Shown here piece by piece: positions 31,814 to 40,356 of a DNA stretch of 64,000 nucleotides. Source of the DNA: Bdellovibrionales bacterium (GTDB lineage Bacteria > Bdellovibrionota > UBA1018 > CAIMNF01); contig CANBTI010000005.1 of NCBI GenBank assembly GCA_947372355.1, forward strand, positions 103 to 64,102, in the 5' to 3' direction. The notes under the pieces are model-generated. The model made no database searches. It was not told the origin of the DNA and saw nothing but the letters and a program-made list of their open reading frames with translations. Both the position numbers and the translations under genes were made by a program. Position 1 is the first letter of the stretch, and each line of letters begins with the position of its first letter.

Positions 31814-32950
31814 ATGACTAAATTAAAAAATTACAGCATCTTGGTGATTGGTAACCAAAATGATTTTCTCGAAATAAATGGGCACTTAAAAAAATTAAAA
31901 AATTTTGAGGTAGAGCTTTTAACTGAAATCACTTCAGACAAATTACATGCCAAAGTATTTGATCTTTACTTTCTGAAACTCTCTCCTCAATCAAAAGAAG
32001 AACTTAAAACCTTAATTGATTTAAATCTTCATACCCACACTACCCCCATCATCATTTACTCCAATAAATATGACCACCAAATGGCACTGAAGGTAGTAGG
32101 ATTGGGAGCATCTGATTATGTATCACTTGATCAAATCGATGAGTATTCTCTAGAAAAATCGATATTTTATACCATTCATCACTCCAATGAAATCAAAGCC
32201 CTGTTGGTGAATAAAATTGAAGCTGCAATTCAAGACAGACTCTCCACTACAGAAATTCTCGCTTCAAGTTTAGCTCATGAAATTGGAACTCCTTTAGGAA
32301 TCATTCGCGGTAGAGCCGAGTTTATGCAACTTCAAACAAAGGAAAGCTCATTCATTCAAAAAAATCTAGAAACTATTATTTCTCAAATTGATCGTGTTTC
32401 TCATCTTATTAACTCTCTTTTAAAGATTTCTAATGGTACCGATTCAGAATCTTCAAATGCCTATTTTGCACAAGATATGATTAAAGAAGTAATTGAATTG
32501 CTAGATTATGAATTTCGAAAGCTTAATATTAATTTCATTAATGATTTTGAAAACTCAGATCCCACCCCACTAGGATCAGAGGTGAAACATTTTCATAAAG
32601 TTTTAATGAATATTTTAATGAATTCTATTCAGGCTATTCAAAGTGCTAAAGAACAAGGAAGAACAGAACAGCATTCGATTAAAATCACCAAAGAAATTCA
32701 CAATGATTTTTTACGCATTACCGTAAGCGATACAGGTTGTGGGATCCATGAAGCAAAACTAAAAAATCTATTCACTCCCGTTTTTAAAACCATTGATTTT
32801 GATCAGAACCCTGGTTTTGGTTTAGCAATTACTCATCGGATCGTGGAATCTTGGGGTGGTAAAATTGAAGTTACCAGTAAGCCAGATTTAGGCACTCAAG
32901 TTTCCATTCAACTTCCAAATAAATTAAAAACTAAAAATATTAGTGAATAA
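31814..32950 (+). CDS. Cytoplasmic sensor histidine kinase with N-terminal pseudo-receiver-like domain
   Basis: H-box SSLAHEIGTPLGIIRG, HATPase_c (SDTGCGIH...GFGLAITHRIVESWGGKIEV); divergent from the NtrC-like regulator. Confidence 0.8.
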   Translation: MTKLKNYSILVIGNQNDFLEINGHLKKLKNFEVELLTEITSDKLHAKVFDLYFLKLSPQSKEELKTLIDLNLHTHTTPIIIYSNKYDHQMALKVVGLGASDYVSLDQIDEYSLEKSIFYTIHHSNEIKALLVNKIEAAIQDRLSTTEILASSLAHEIGTPLGIIRGRAEFMQLQTKESSFIQKNLETIISQIDRVSHLINSLLKISNGTDSESSNAYFAQDMIKEVIELLDYEFRKLNINFINDFENSDPTPLGSEVKHFHKVLMNILMNSIQAIQSAKEQGRTEQHSIKITKEIHNDFLRITVSDTGCGIHEAKLKNLFTPVFKTIDFDQNPGFGLAITHRIVESWGGKIEVTSKPDLGTQVSIQLPNKLKTKNISE

Positions 32951-33260
32951 CTTTTAAAGTATCTTTTGGAATAGCAACTAATAGCAAACCATCACGATAT
33001 TGAGTTGCAATATTTCTTCCATGTGAACGTACAATCACATCTTTAGGTGAAAAACCATTTCCATTATCTTTACTTCCATCTCCTTTGATCACCAATTGAT
33101 CATCGAGTAGTTCTATATCAATCACATTACCTGTAATAAACCTTCCATCAATACTTAGTACATAATGAGTATCTCCTTCCTCCACATCAAAGATTGGATA
33201 TAACGGATAAGCCAAAACAAGGGCCTGCTGAATTTTTGAATAGGGTTGTTGTAAAATCAT
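32940..33260 (-). CDS. Small heat-shock protein (Hsp20/alpha-crystallin-like)
   Basis: PIFDVEEGDTHYVLSIDGRF...LVIKGD...LLLVAIPK fits alpha-crystallin domain pattern. Confidence 0.5.
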   Translation of the reverse strand: MILQQPYSKIQQALVLAYPLYPIFDVEEGDTHYVLSIDGRFITGNVIDIELLDDQLVIKGDGSKDNGNGFSPKDVIVRSHGRNIATQYRDGLLLVAIPKDTLKVIH

Positions 33261-33289
33261 GTTTCCGTATCTCCTAGGGAATTAGTTAA

Positions 33290-33304
33290 GCAAGAAAGGG
33301 GCCA
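33290..33304 (-). promoter_or_regulatory. Sigma-54 -24/-12 promoter upstream of Hsp20-like gene
   Basis: Minus-strand TGGCCC-ctttc-TTGC (rc of GCAAgaaagGGGCCA); -12 element 30 nt upstream of ATG 33260; RBS aggagat. Confidence 0.5.
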
Positions 33305-33374
33305 GCAATGAGTCGTTCAATTGGTTTTGAGTGAAGGATTTATTGTAAAAATGTGTTTTTTGAGCAAATTTGTC

Positions 33375-33683
33375 TCATTTTTTTATTTTAACCTGGTGAG
33401 TATTCATAAAATTCTCATATTTATAGGCTATTTGATTCAGAGTTAATTTATCTTTACGTTCGATCGCAGAATCCATCTCTCGAGCCAGTTCTACAATGTA
33501 ATGGTAACCAAATGATCCTGGCGTACCTAGAAGTCGGTGGCTAAGTTTTTTTAATGAGTGATAATCTGAAAATTCAATTCCACTTCTTAATTTTTCTAAA
33601 TCTTTCCACCTCATTTCAATAAAAGTAGGTAGAACTGGTTCCAAAACTCGCTCTACATTCACCACCCAATTTTGATTTTCCAT
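33375..33683 (-). CDS. Hpt (histidine phosphotransfer) domain protein
   Basis: LKKLSHRLLGTPGSFGY matches Hpt H-x-[LI]-K-G-s-s-x-x-x-G. Confidence 0.5.
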   Translation of the reverse strand: MENQNWVVNVERVLEPVLPTFIEMRWKDLEKLRSGIEFSDYHSLKKLSHRLLGTPGSFGYHYIVELAREMDSAIERKDKLTLNQIAYKYENFMNTHQVKIKK

Positions 33684-33686
33684 AAG

Positions 33687-34109
33687 TTATCCCACTCTTT
33701 TTTCATGAGATTTTTTGGTAAATAAATTTTGTCTCATTGTGGTTGGAGCAGTTCTAAACTCACCAATCGTTTTAATAAAATCAGGAATCTTAAAAGGTTT
33801 TTGAATTACTCCAACTACTCCTTGGGGCAATTTCATTTGCTTTAATCTGGGTACAGCGGAGAAAAACATGATGGGTGTATTTTCTAATATTCTTTCAGTT
33901 TTAACTGCAGACAAGAACTCATCGGACTTCATATCCGGTAGAGTTAAATCCAATAATATTAAAATCACCTCTGGACGAGTTCTTAAGATAGCAATTCCTT
34001 CTCCCGCTGTTGCAGCAGAAATGATATGATATCCCTCTTGTTCCAATAGCAATCTTAAAAGATCCTGCATTTCTCCATTATCTTCAATCACCAAAATATC
34101 GTTATTCAT
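33687..34109 (-). CDS. Single-domain response regulator receiver
   Basis: ILVIEDNGE...ILLDLTLPDMKSDEF; Lys near C-term. Confidence 0.8.
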   Translation of the reverse strand: MNNDILVIEDNGEMQDLLRLLLEQEGYHIISAATAGEGIAILRTRPEVILILLDLTLPDMKSDEFLSAVKTERILENTPIMFFSAVPRLKQMKLPQGVVGVIQKPFKIPDFIKTIGEFRTAPTTMRQNLFTKKSHEKRVG

Positions 34110-34148
34110 ACGTAGTTCCCAATACTATTTACGTTAAATAAAAATTAA

Positions 34149-34649
34149 CTAAACTGCTCTTTGAAAATGAAACCTTAAAAGATCAACAATCTCAGAGATG
34201 GGTTTCGTTTTTTTCACATGAGCAAGATACTTAAAATGCTTTGTGTAAGGCGGCTTACACTTTGATTTTTCACAGCTGGATAGAATAATCACTGGAACTT
34301 TTTTATTTTCCCATTCCAGTGGTAAGTTTGGCTCGAATTTGAACCCCTTTTCAGCTGCCACTAAAGTTTCATGGCCATTGAGTTTTGGAAGATCCCACTC
34401 TAATACAATTAAGTCGTAGGCATGTTCGGTCATCAAATCCATCGCTTCGAATGGGTCTTGGGCAACGGAAACCTTCAAGTCTCTGTCAAATTGCAGAAGT
34501 AATTGAATTTGGTTTGCCATTGCTTGATCATCATCAATGATGAGTACTCTTTTATACTTTTTTGTCTTGCTCAGATTTCGCAATGGCAACAGTGGTAAGA
34601 AGAAAGAATCATATGTTGTTAAACTACCGGCTACGAAATTAGAAAGCAT
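34149..34649 (-). CDS. Atypical receiver domain protein with Glu at the phospho-acceptor position
   Basis: RVLIIDDD (acidic pair) ... YDLIVLEWDLPKLNG aligns residue-for-residue with PhoB DLILLDWMLPGGSG, which places E at D53; ILSS and KP (T/K equivalents) present. Confidence 0.65.
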   Translation of the reverse strand: MLSNFVAGSLTTYDSFFLPLLPLRNLSKTKKYKRVLIIDDDQAMANQIQLLLQFDRDLKVSVAQDPFEAMDLMTEHAYDLIVLEWDLPKLNGHETLVAAEKGFKFEPNLPLEWENKKVPVIILSSCEKSKCKPPYTKHFKYLAHVKKTKPISEIVDLLRFHFQRAV

Positions 34650-34686
34650 GCATCACCCCTTTAATGTTTGTTCTGCATTCATCAAA

Positions 34687-34701
34687 GCAAGCACAATGCC
34701 A
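34687..34701 (-). promoter_or_regulatory. Sigma-54 -24/-12 promoter upstream of REC-REC-Hpt operon
   Basis: Minus-strand TGGCAT-tgtgc-TTGC (rc of GCAAgcacaATGCCA), 38 nt upstream of ATG 34649; strong RBS aaagggg. Confidence 0.55.
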
Positions 34702-34794
34702 ATTCTAAATAGCTGAAAATACTTGGATTGAAATCTCATTTATTTAATTTTACTTGATTTGACTCAAAATAGAGACTTATTGCCCCTGATAAGC

Positions 34795-35958
34795 CTATTG
34801 ATCACTTTCAAGTACTTTATACGATCGTCCCTCAAGTGAGGCACAAATTGACTCATAGATAAGTTTTTTGCAGGTTGAACAAAACAACTGTTTATTTTCA
34901 TCAAGACCCTTTAGGTTTACCATTTCAATCATTGATTTTTTTTCACAGCTTTTACAAATCACCTCAAAAGAACTACCGCTCACTGCAATGTCATTAAAAG
35001 GATGTTTATTCTTTAATAATCGAGCCTTTTTAAAAGCAGAATAGATTTGAAGATCAGCGATGTTAGCCCCGTTTGAGAATACCGTTACAGGGCCATCTTC
35101 TGAGATGGTGAATACGATTACATCTTCATGATCGTAAGAATATCTAACAGATGAAGTGTGTCGCGTGCCTTTGCACGCAGGAACAATTTTACGGCTTTTT
35201 TCAGAGTATTTAAGGTGTTCACCAGTACTCATTAATAATCCCTTAGAATCCAAAAATGTTGCACCATCCACCTGTGAGAGCAAATGACAAAACAACCGTG
35301 AATGAGAATCATTCATGATCGATAGTTGAAGAGATGCCAAATCTGAAGAAACTTTGTTAATTTTACCCAACTGCCAAACAATGACTCCCCCAGCTCTCAT
35401 GGTTGGGCTCATTAAATGGAACGAAAATTCCAAAATACTACTCAAAATAATCTTATCAATATTGGTAACGCATTTTGAAACTTTCCATGCGGCTTCTTTA
35501 ATATTAGGCTTACTAAACCAACGACGATTTTCGTGAATGATAATTCCATTATTTTGATAAAATTTTGCTAATCCACTGGATTCTTTTTGAATGATTAATC
35601 CAGCAGTAAGTGGGAAATTTCTAATCATTTGAAGTTCGTTGTTTATGGAGTGATTAAAACGGGCTAAGCCAAAAAAACTATCCTTTTCATACAATACAAA
35701 CCACTCCTTACCATCAGCCATCTTTCTAGCTATTTCTAATTGCTCATTTTGGAGTGAAATCACTTCGATATTTTCCAACTCAGAAATATTCTCAGCAAAT
35801 ATAATCCCACTGGAAAACATCTTGCCCTCATGCACCTCTGGTATAATTGCTCTTATACATTCTTGCGTAATGCTTTTTGACAATAACCAATCAAATTGAT
35901 TAGATCGCACACCATTTAATTCTAACTCTTGTGCGATCAGACTTTGCATTACCGACAT
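34795..35958 (-). CDS. DAC (diadenylate-cyclase-like, DisA_N/CdaA-type) domain protein with N-terminal unknown domain and C-terminal CxxC-x23-CxxC zinc ribbon
   Basis: MRAGGVIVWQ (GALI-like), SQVDGATFLD (DGA motif), ACKGTRHTSSVRYSYDHEDVIVFTISEDGPVTVFSNGANI aligns with CdaA [37 protein letters not shown] but with RHR->RHT; CKSCEKK...CSTCKK. Confidence 0.6.
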   Translation of the reverse strand: MSVMQSLIAQELELNGVRSNQFDWLLSKSITQECIRAIIPEVHEGKMFSSGIIFAENISELENIEVISLQNEQLEIARKMADGKEWFVLYEKDSFFGLARFNHSINNELQMIRNFPLTAGLIIQKESSGLAKFYQNNGIIIHENRRWFSKPNIKEAAWKVSKCVTNIDKIILSSILEFSFHLMSPTMRAGGVIVWQLGKINKVSSDLASLQLSIMNDSHSRLFCHLLSQVDGATFLDSKGLLMSTGEHLKYSEKSRKIVPACKGTRHTSSVRYSYDHEDVIVFTISEDGPVTVFSNGANIADLQIYSAFKKARLLKNKHPFNDIAVSGSSFEVICKSCEKKSMIEMVNLKGLDENKQLFCSTCKKLIYESICASLEGRSYKVLESDQ

Positions 35959-36063
35959 AAACGTATTGAATGCATAAAATCGGCCATCATAGTATTTAAT
36001 AAAATGTCGGCATACTTATTGATAATAACAATTGTGTCATTCAATGGACTTGGGGGAAGTAGA

Positions 36064-36504
36064 ATGGAATCTACAAAGAAGCGGAAGTCCGTATACGTTA
36101 TCGAAGATGATATTGAAATGTCTACGATCATTGATCGTGTTTTAAAGAGCATTGATCCAAGTATTATCTTAGATTGGTCTACGAGTGCGGAAGAGGCGAT
36201 ACTAAAAATCCAATCAGCTCTAAAGAAAGGCGTTAAAAAACCATATGATTTGATCATTACCGATGTTCTTTTGGATGGTTCACGCAGCGGAATAGACTTT
36301 TGGCAATTCTGCCAAAATGAATTCAGCAAAATACCCATTGTGGTTACCTCCGCTTGCAGTAAAGATTCACTATTTAAGACAAGTACGCCCCTTCCGAAGT
36401 CTTTAATATTTCTGCAAAAACCTTTTTCAATTTCAGAAAGTAAAAAGCTTTTTAAAAAACTTCTACTCGAAAAATCAAATACAACACAAAGCCAAAACTT
36501 ATAG
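36064..36504 (+). CDS. Single-domain response regulator receiver
   Basis: SVYVIEDDIEM...YDLIITDVLLDGSRSGIDF...LQKPF; probable start ATG 36064 (the track's 35929 start overlaps the upstream convergent gene). Confidence 0.7.
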   Translation: MESTKKRKSVYVIEDDIEMSTIIDRVLKSIDPSIILDWSTSAEEAILKIQSALKKGVKKPYDLIITDVLLDGSRSGIDFWQFCQNEFSKIPIVVTSACSKDSLFKTSTPLPKSLIFLQKPFSISESKKLFKKLLLEKSNTTQSQNL

Positions 36505-36507
36505 GGT

Positions 36508-36522
36508 TGGTACACAACTTGC
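36508..36522 (+). promoter_or_regulatory. Sigma-54 -24/-12 promoter upstream of REC-HK pair
   Basis: TGGTAC-acaac-TTGC with exact spacing; -12 element 40 nt upstream of ATG 36561; RBS tggggg. Confidence 0.5.
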
Positions 36523-36560
36523 TTTTAATATCTTTTACTTATTATTAATGGGGGCTTGCT

Positions 36561-36935
36561 ATGAGTAATCAGGGCATTTTAATCATTGAGGATGAAGATT
36601 GAATCAGAGAAGGACTAAGTCTTTCCTTGGAACTAGAAGGCTATACTACCTACACTGCTTCAAATGGTCAGGAGGGATTAGACATTTTGTCTCAGATCTC
36701 ATCTCCGAGTCTCATTCTTTTGGATTTAATGATGCCCGTGATGAATGGGTGGGAATTTGTTGAATCCATTAAAAAAATCAAAAAACTATCCAAAATTCCT
36801 ATTGTAATCATATCTGCATTTTACGATCAATCGAATAATATTCCTGTCCAGGGTCATTTGAAAAAACCAATTGCACTAGCCAATTTATATAAGACCATAA
36901 AAGATTTGGAAGTAACAAATGAGCAAAATGCTTAA
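36561..36935 (+). pseudogene. Receiver-domain gene interrupted by in-frame TGA at codon 14 (36600-36602)
   Basis: atg agt aat cag ggc att tta atc att gag gat gaa gat TGA atc aga gaa... = MSNQGILIIEDED*IREGLSLSLELEGY..., same frame as ORF 36627..36935; close paralog of intact REC at 39988..40356 (IIDDDETVRNTL). Confidence 0.6.
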
Positions 36936-37685
36936 TAATGACGAATATAAACAAACACTGACATTAGAAAAACATGCAAGGCAAGAAGCAGAAAAATCAC
37001 TCAGGCAGCGTGATGAATTTATTTCAATCGCCGCTCATGAGCTCAATACGCCACTCGCAGCCCTGACATTACAATTACATCTTCTTAAAAACTTGTCATT
37101 GAAGGTAATCATAAAAAAAATAATCATAAAATTGTTTCAAATTTATTAAAAAACTCAAATCTTCAAGTTGAAAGGCTAACAGGACTAGTAGAAAACCTTT
37201 TAGATACTACAAGAGCCAGCAATGGAAAATTATCCATTGAAAAAACTAAAACCGATTTATGTAAAACTGTACGCAGAGTAATTAAATTACATAAATTGGA
37301 TATTATAAAAAACAAATCTACTTATAGTCTTAATTTAGTGAAATCAGCAATTGGGCTTTGGGATCCCATCAGAATTGAGCAAGCAATTTCAAACTTGGTA
37401 AGTAATGCAATTAAATATGGAGCAGGAAAACATATTATTATTTCGGTTGGCATTGATAGCTTAAATGCTAAAATAACAGTGGAAGATCATGGAATTGGAA
37501 TGAGTAGCGAAATACTTTCCAAAATATTCAATAGATTTGAAAGAGCTGCTACCATTAAAACTTATGCAGGATTAGGTCTCGGGTTATTTATTACTAAAGA
37601 AATCATCAATGAGCATGGAGGAAAGATAGTTGCTGAAAGCAAACTTGAAGAAGGATCAATTTTTACGATAGAACTTCCTATTTAA
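36919..37685 (+). pseudogene. Sensor-less histidine kinase interrupted by a -1 frameshift in an A8 tract (37113-37120)
   Basis: Frame 1 encodes H-box FISIAAHELNTPLAALTLQLHLLKN and stops at 37149. From 37089, frame 0 continues KIVSNLLKNSNLQVERLTGLVENLLDTTRA...HATPase_c (GLGLGLFITKEIINEHGGKIV) to 37685. The switch site is the run aaaaaaaa. Confidence 0.65.
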
Positions 37686-38786
37686 ATTTAGAAAACTTAA
37701 AATTTTAAATAAGTAATTATGACTCTCCTTTTTTTGATTCTGAAGCCTTTGATTTAGTAGCGCATTATCTAAAGCAAAACTAATCCTATTACAAACATCT
37801 TCGGCTAGTCGTAAATCTTCCCAGGTGAATCTTCGTTCTATGTTAGAAGACATAAAGGTAATCACTCCATAGGAATGATCTCTAATGGTTAATGGAACGA
37901 GCATCATTGAATAAATTTTTAGTTTTTCCAATACTTCATTAAACGAAGAGTTTAAAAAAACTTCTCTTAGAATTAATTCAGAAGTCTCACTATACAACTC
38001 TGACTTTCCATCATGGATCACTTTGGGTATCCCTGTTGCTCCTAGAGAACTGATCCCTTGCTTTTGCCGACAATCCTTACCTATTATCGATAACGATTGA
38101 TCTGGATAATAAAAATCTAAGCATTCAATTTGTCCATTTTCATCCAATATATCAATCGAATAGGATTCAGTAATTTTTGGAACGATCATTCTACGGATCG
38201 CCCTTAGAGTGTCTTCCTGCATTACACAATGAGCCAATGTTCCATTGATGAGATTTAAGTAAACCGATTTTGAAGAAAGATCATGCAATAGTTTTTCAGT
38301 TTTAATTCGTTCGGTAATATCCCTAAAACTCCATGTTCTTCCTATTGCATTTCCATTCCTCATTTGCCCTTTAGAAAAACGCTCATAAATTCTGCCATCC
38401 TTAAATTCAATTAGATCTAAACTTTCACTGATATGATCGTTATACAGTGCTCTCACTTTACTGAGAAACATTTCCGGATCTTTAACTTGATCAATTACAA
38501 AAACAAGAAGCTGATCGTCATCTAAGGCTGCGGCAACTGATTCTGGTATTTTCCATAATTCTATAAACTTTTTATTAAATGAAGTAATTTTACCCTGGAT
38601 ATCTACAATTAAAACACCATCAATGATCGATTCAATTGTTTCTTTGATGATTGAATTGCAATTTAAATATTCACTTGATTTAACGCCACTCAACATTGAT
38701 CGAATTTCTCCCATTTCTTTTCTCAACGATTCGATCTTAGTAAAATTCGTTTCCTGTTTTTCCATTATCATTGACTTAGAATGCAA
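37656..38786 (-). CDS. PAS-GAF sensor protein without output domain
   Basis: N-terminal PAS (IIDGVLIVDIQGKITSFNKKFIELW...RDITERIKTE) followed by GAF-like region; 3' end overlaps convergent HK by 30 nt. Confidence 0.6.
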   Translation of the reverse strand: MHSKSMIMEKQETNFTKIESLRKEMGEIRSMLSGVKSSEYLNCNSIIKETIESIIDGVLIVDIQGKITSFNKKFIELWKIPESVAAALDDDQLLVFVIDQVKDPEMFLSKVRALYNDHISESLDLIEFKDGRIYERFSKGQMRNGNAIGRTWSFRDITERIKTEKLLHDLSSKSVYLNLINGTLAHCVMQEDTLRAIRRMIVPKITESYSIDILDENGQIECLDFYYPDQSLSIIGKDCRQKQGISSLGATGIPKVIHDGKSELYSETSELILREVFLNSSFNEVLEKLKIYSMMLVPLTIRDHSYGVITFMSSNIERRFTWEDLRLAEDVCNRISFALDNALLNQRLQNQKKESHNYLFKILSFLNLNRKFYRKN

Positions 38787-38812
38787 TTTTTATGCTCTCG
38801 AACGAATATAAA

Positions 38813-38827
38813 CGGCATCAACATTGC
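38813..38827 (+). promoter_or_regulatory. Sigma-54 -24/-12 promoter upstream of patatin-like gene
   Basis: CGGCAT-caaca-TTGC exact spacing; -12 element 26 nt upstream of TTG start 38853. Confidence 0.55.
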
Positions 38828-38852
38828 TAACTTTCATTGCAGGAAGTGAAAA

Positions 38853-39991
38853 TTGAACAAAAACCTAGGATTAGTATTAATGAGCGGAGGGGCACGAGGC
38901 GCCTACCAAGCTGGCGCGTTGCGAGCGATTGCTGAAATATCAAAAACTGAAACCTTACCCTTCCCCTACTTAACTGGAATATCTGCAGGAAGCTTGAATT
39001 GTGGATTTTTAGGTTGCTATGCAGATAACTTTAATCAAGCGGTCAGCAAACTAACAGACCTTTGGTATAACATTACACCAAGTGATATCTTCACCACTGA
39101 TCCATTAAAACTTGTTAAAAATGGACTTGGATGGATTAAAGATTTTAGCATTGGTGGCGTGGTAGGAGGCGTGAAAGGACGTTCATTACTAGACACCGCT
39201 CCTTTAAGAGAACTCTTAATTAAAAATTTAGACATGACCAAATTGGTTGATCACATATCCACAGGAAAAATTAAGGGTTTTGCAGCTTCGGCAACTAACT
39301 ATTACACAGGAACTTCAGTAGTTTTTTTTGACGGAATGCCTTCTATTGAACCTTGGATTCGTAATACAAAGATGGGAATACGCACTACCATCACCATCGA
39401 GCACCTCATGGCATCATCTGCAATTCCATTTTTTTTCCTGCAGTTAAAGTGGGTAATGCATTTTACGGAGATGGGTGCATTCGAATGCATTCTCCACTGA
39501 GTCCGGCCATCAATATGGGTGCAGAAAAAATTATCGCGATTGGAGTACGACACGAGCGATTAGTAAAAAAATCCAGCGATTTAGAAACTCCTTATTTTAT
39601 ACATTATCCCTTATTTGCAGAATTGGGCGGAATGATCTTTAATGCCATATTTTTGGATTCTCTAGAAGATGACATTGAACTTTCACATTCAAAAAATGTT
39701 ATCTTTTTACTTACTTCAAAAAAAAAACAATCCGACACTCGAATAAAACATATTCCCACTATGCTTCTCAGACCATCAATCGATCTTGAAAATTTAGTAA
39801 GGAAATCAGCAAAAAAGTTTCCTATGACTATTCAACATTTTTTAAAAGGCATGGGAGCATCTAGTGAAACTGGCTGGAATTTGATGAGTTATCTTGCCTT
39901 TGATTCAACTTATACCAGTCGATTAGTGGAACTTGGATATGAAGATACAATTTTAGCCAAGAGCAAATTAACCGATTTTATGGAAATTTAA
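38853..39991 (+). pseudogene. Patatin-like phospholipase split by a frameshift in a T8 tract (39429-39436)
   Basis: ORF1 has the oxyanion hole GGARGAYQAG and GISAGS (GxSxG nucleophile); ORF2 (frame -1) has AVKVGNAFYGDGCIR (catalytic DG) and the rest of the fold. Restoring T9 gives AIPFFFPAVKVGNAFYGDG in one frame. Confidence 0.7.
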
Positions 39992-40356
39992 CAATTCAGT
40001 TTTTTTAAAGTTTCCAACAATCGTTTTAGATCGATTGGTTTTTTTAAAAAAGCATTTACTTTAATTTTTTTTGCTTGTTCACTAAATGCACTGATCACCA
40101 CTACTGGGATTTTAGAAATTAATCGATCATTTTCACGAAAATCCAAGAACTCCCATCCATCCATAATTGGCATCATGAGATCCAATAAAATCAAACAAGG
40201 TCTCGGAATTTTTTCCAAAACTTCAATCCCCTCTTGACCATTAGATGCTGCAAAAACCGTATAATGTTCTTTTTCAAGAACCTCAATTAATGTATTTCGA
40301 ACGGTTTCATCATCATCAATAATTAGGATAACTTGATTCTTCATATCTATTTTCAT
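39988..40356 (-). CDS. Single-domain response regulator receiver (CheY-like)
   Basis: ILIIDDDETVR...LILLDLMMPIMDGWEF...LKKPI. Confidence 0.8.
   Translation of the reverse strand: MKIDMKNQVILIIDDDETVRNTLIEVLEKEHYTVFAASNGQEGIEVLEKIPRPCLILLDLMMPIMDGWEFLDFRENDRLISKIPVVVISAFSEQAKKIKVNAFLKKPIDLKRLLETLKKLNC

Noticed and set aside
35978-35992. Weak sigma-54-like match upstream of DAC-like gene (TGGCCG-N5-ATGC) and upstream of REC 36064 (GGCAT-N5-TTGA)
   Set aside because: Two mismatches including the conserved -12 GC; too close to or poorly positioned relative to start codons.
36600-36602. In-frame TGA might indicate an alternative genetic code (TGA=Trp/Gly)
   Set aside because: Many well-conserved genes here (tmk, holB, pnp neighbours, etc.) terminate at TGA with homology-consistent lengths, and long ORFs (pnp, sucA, 976-aa protein) are intact under the standard code. 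I could not check for selenoprotein machinery.
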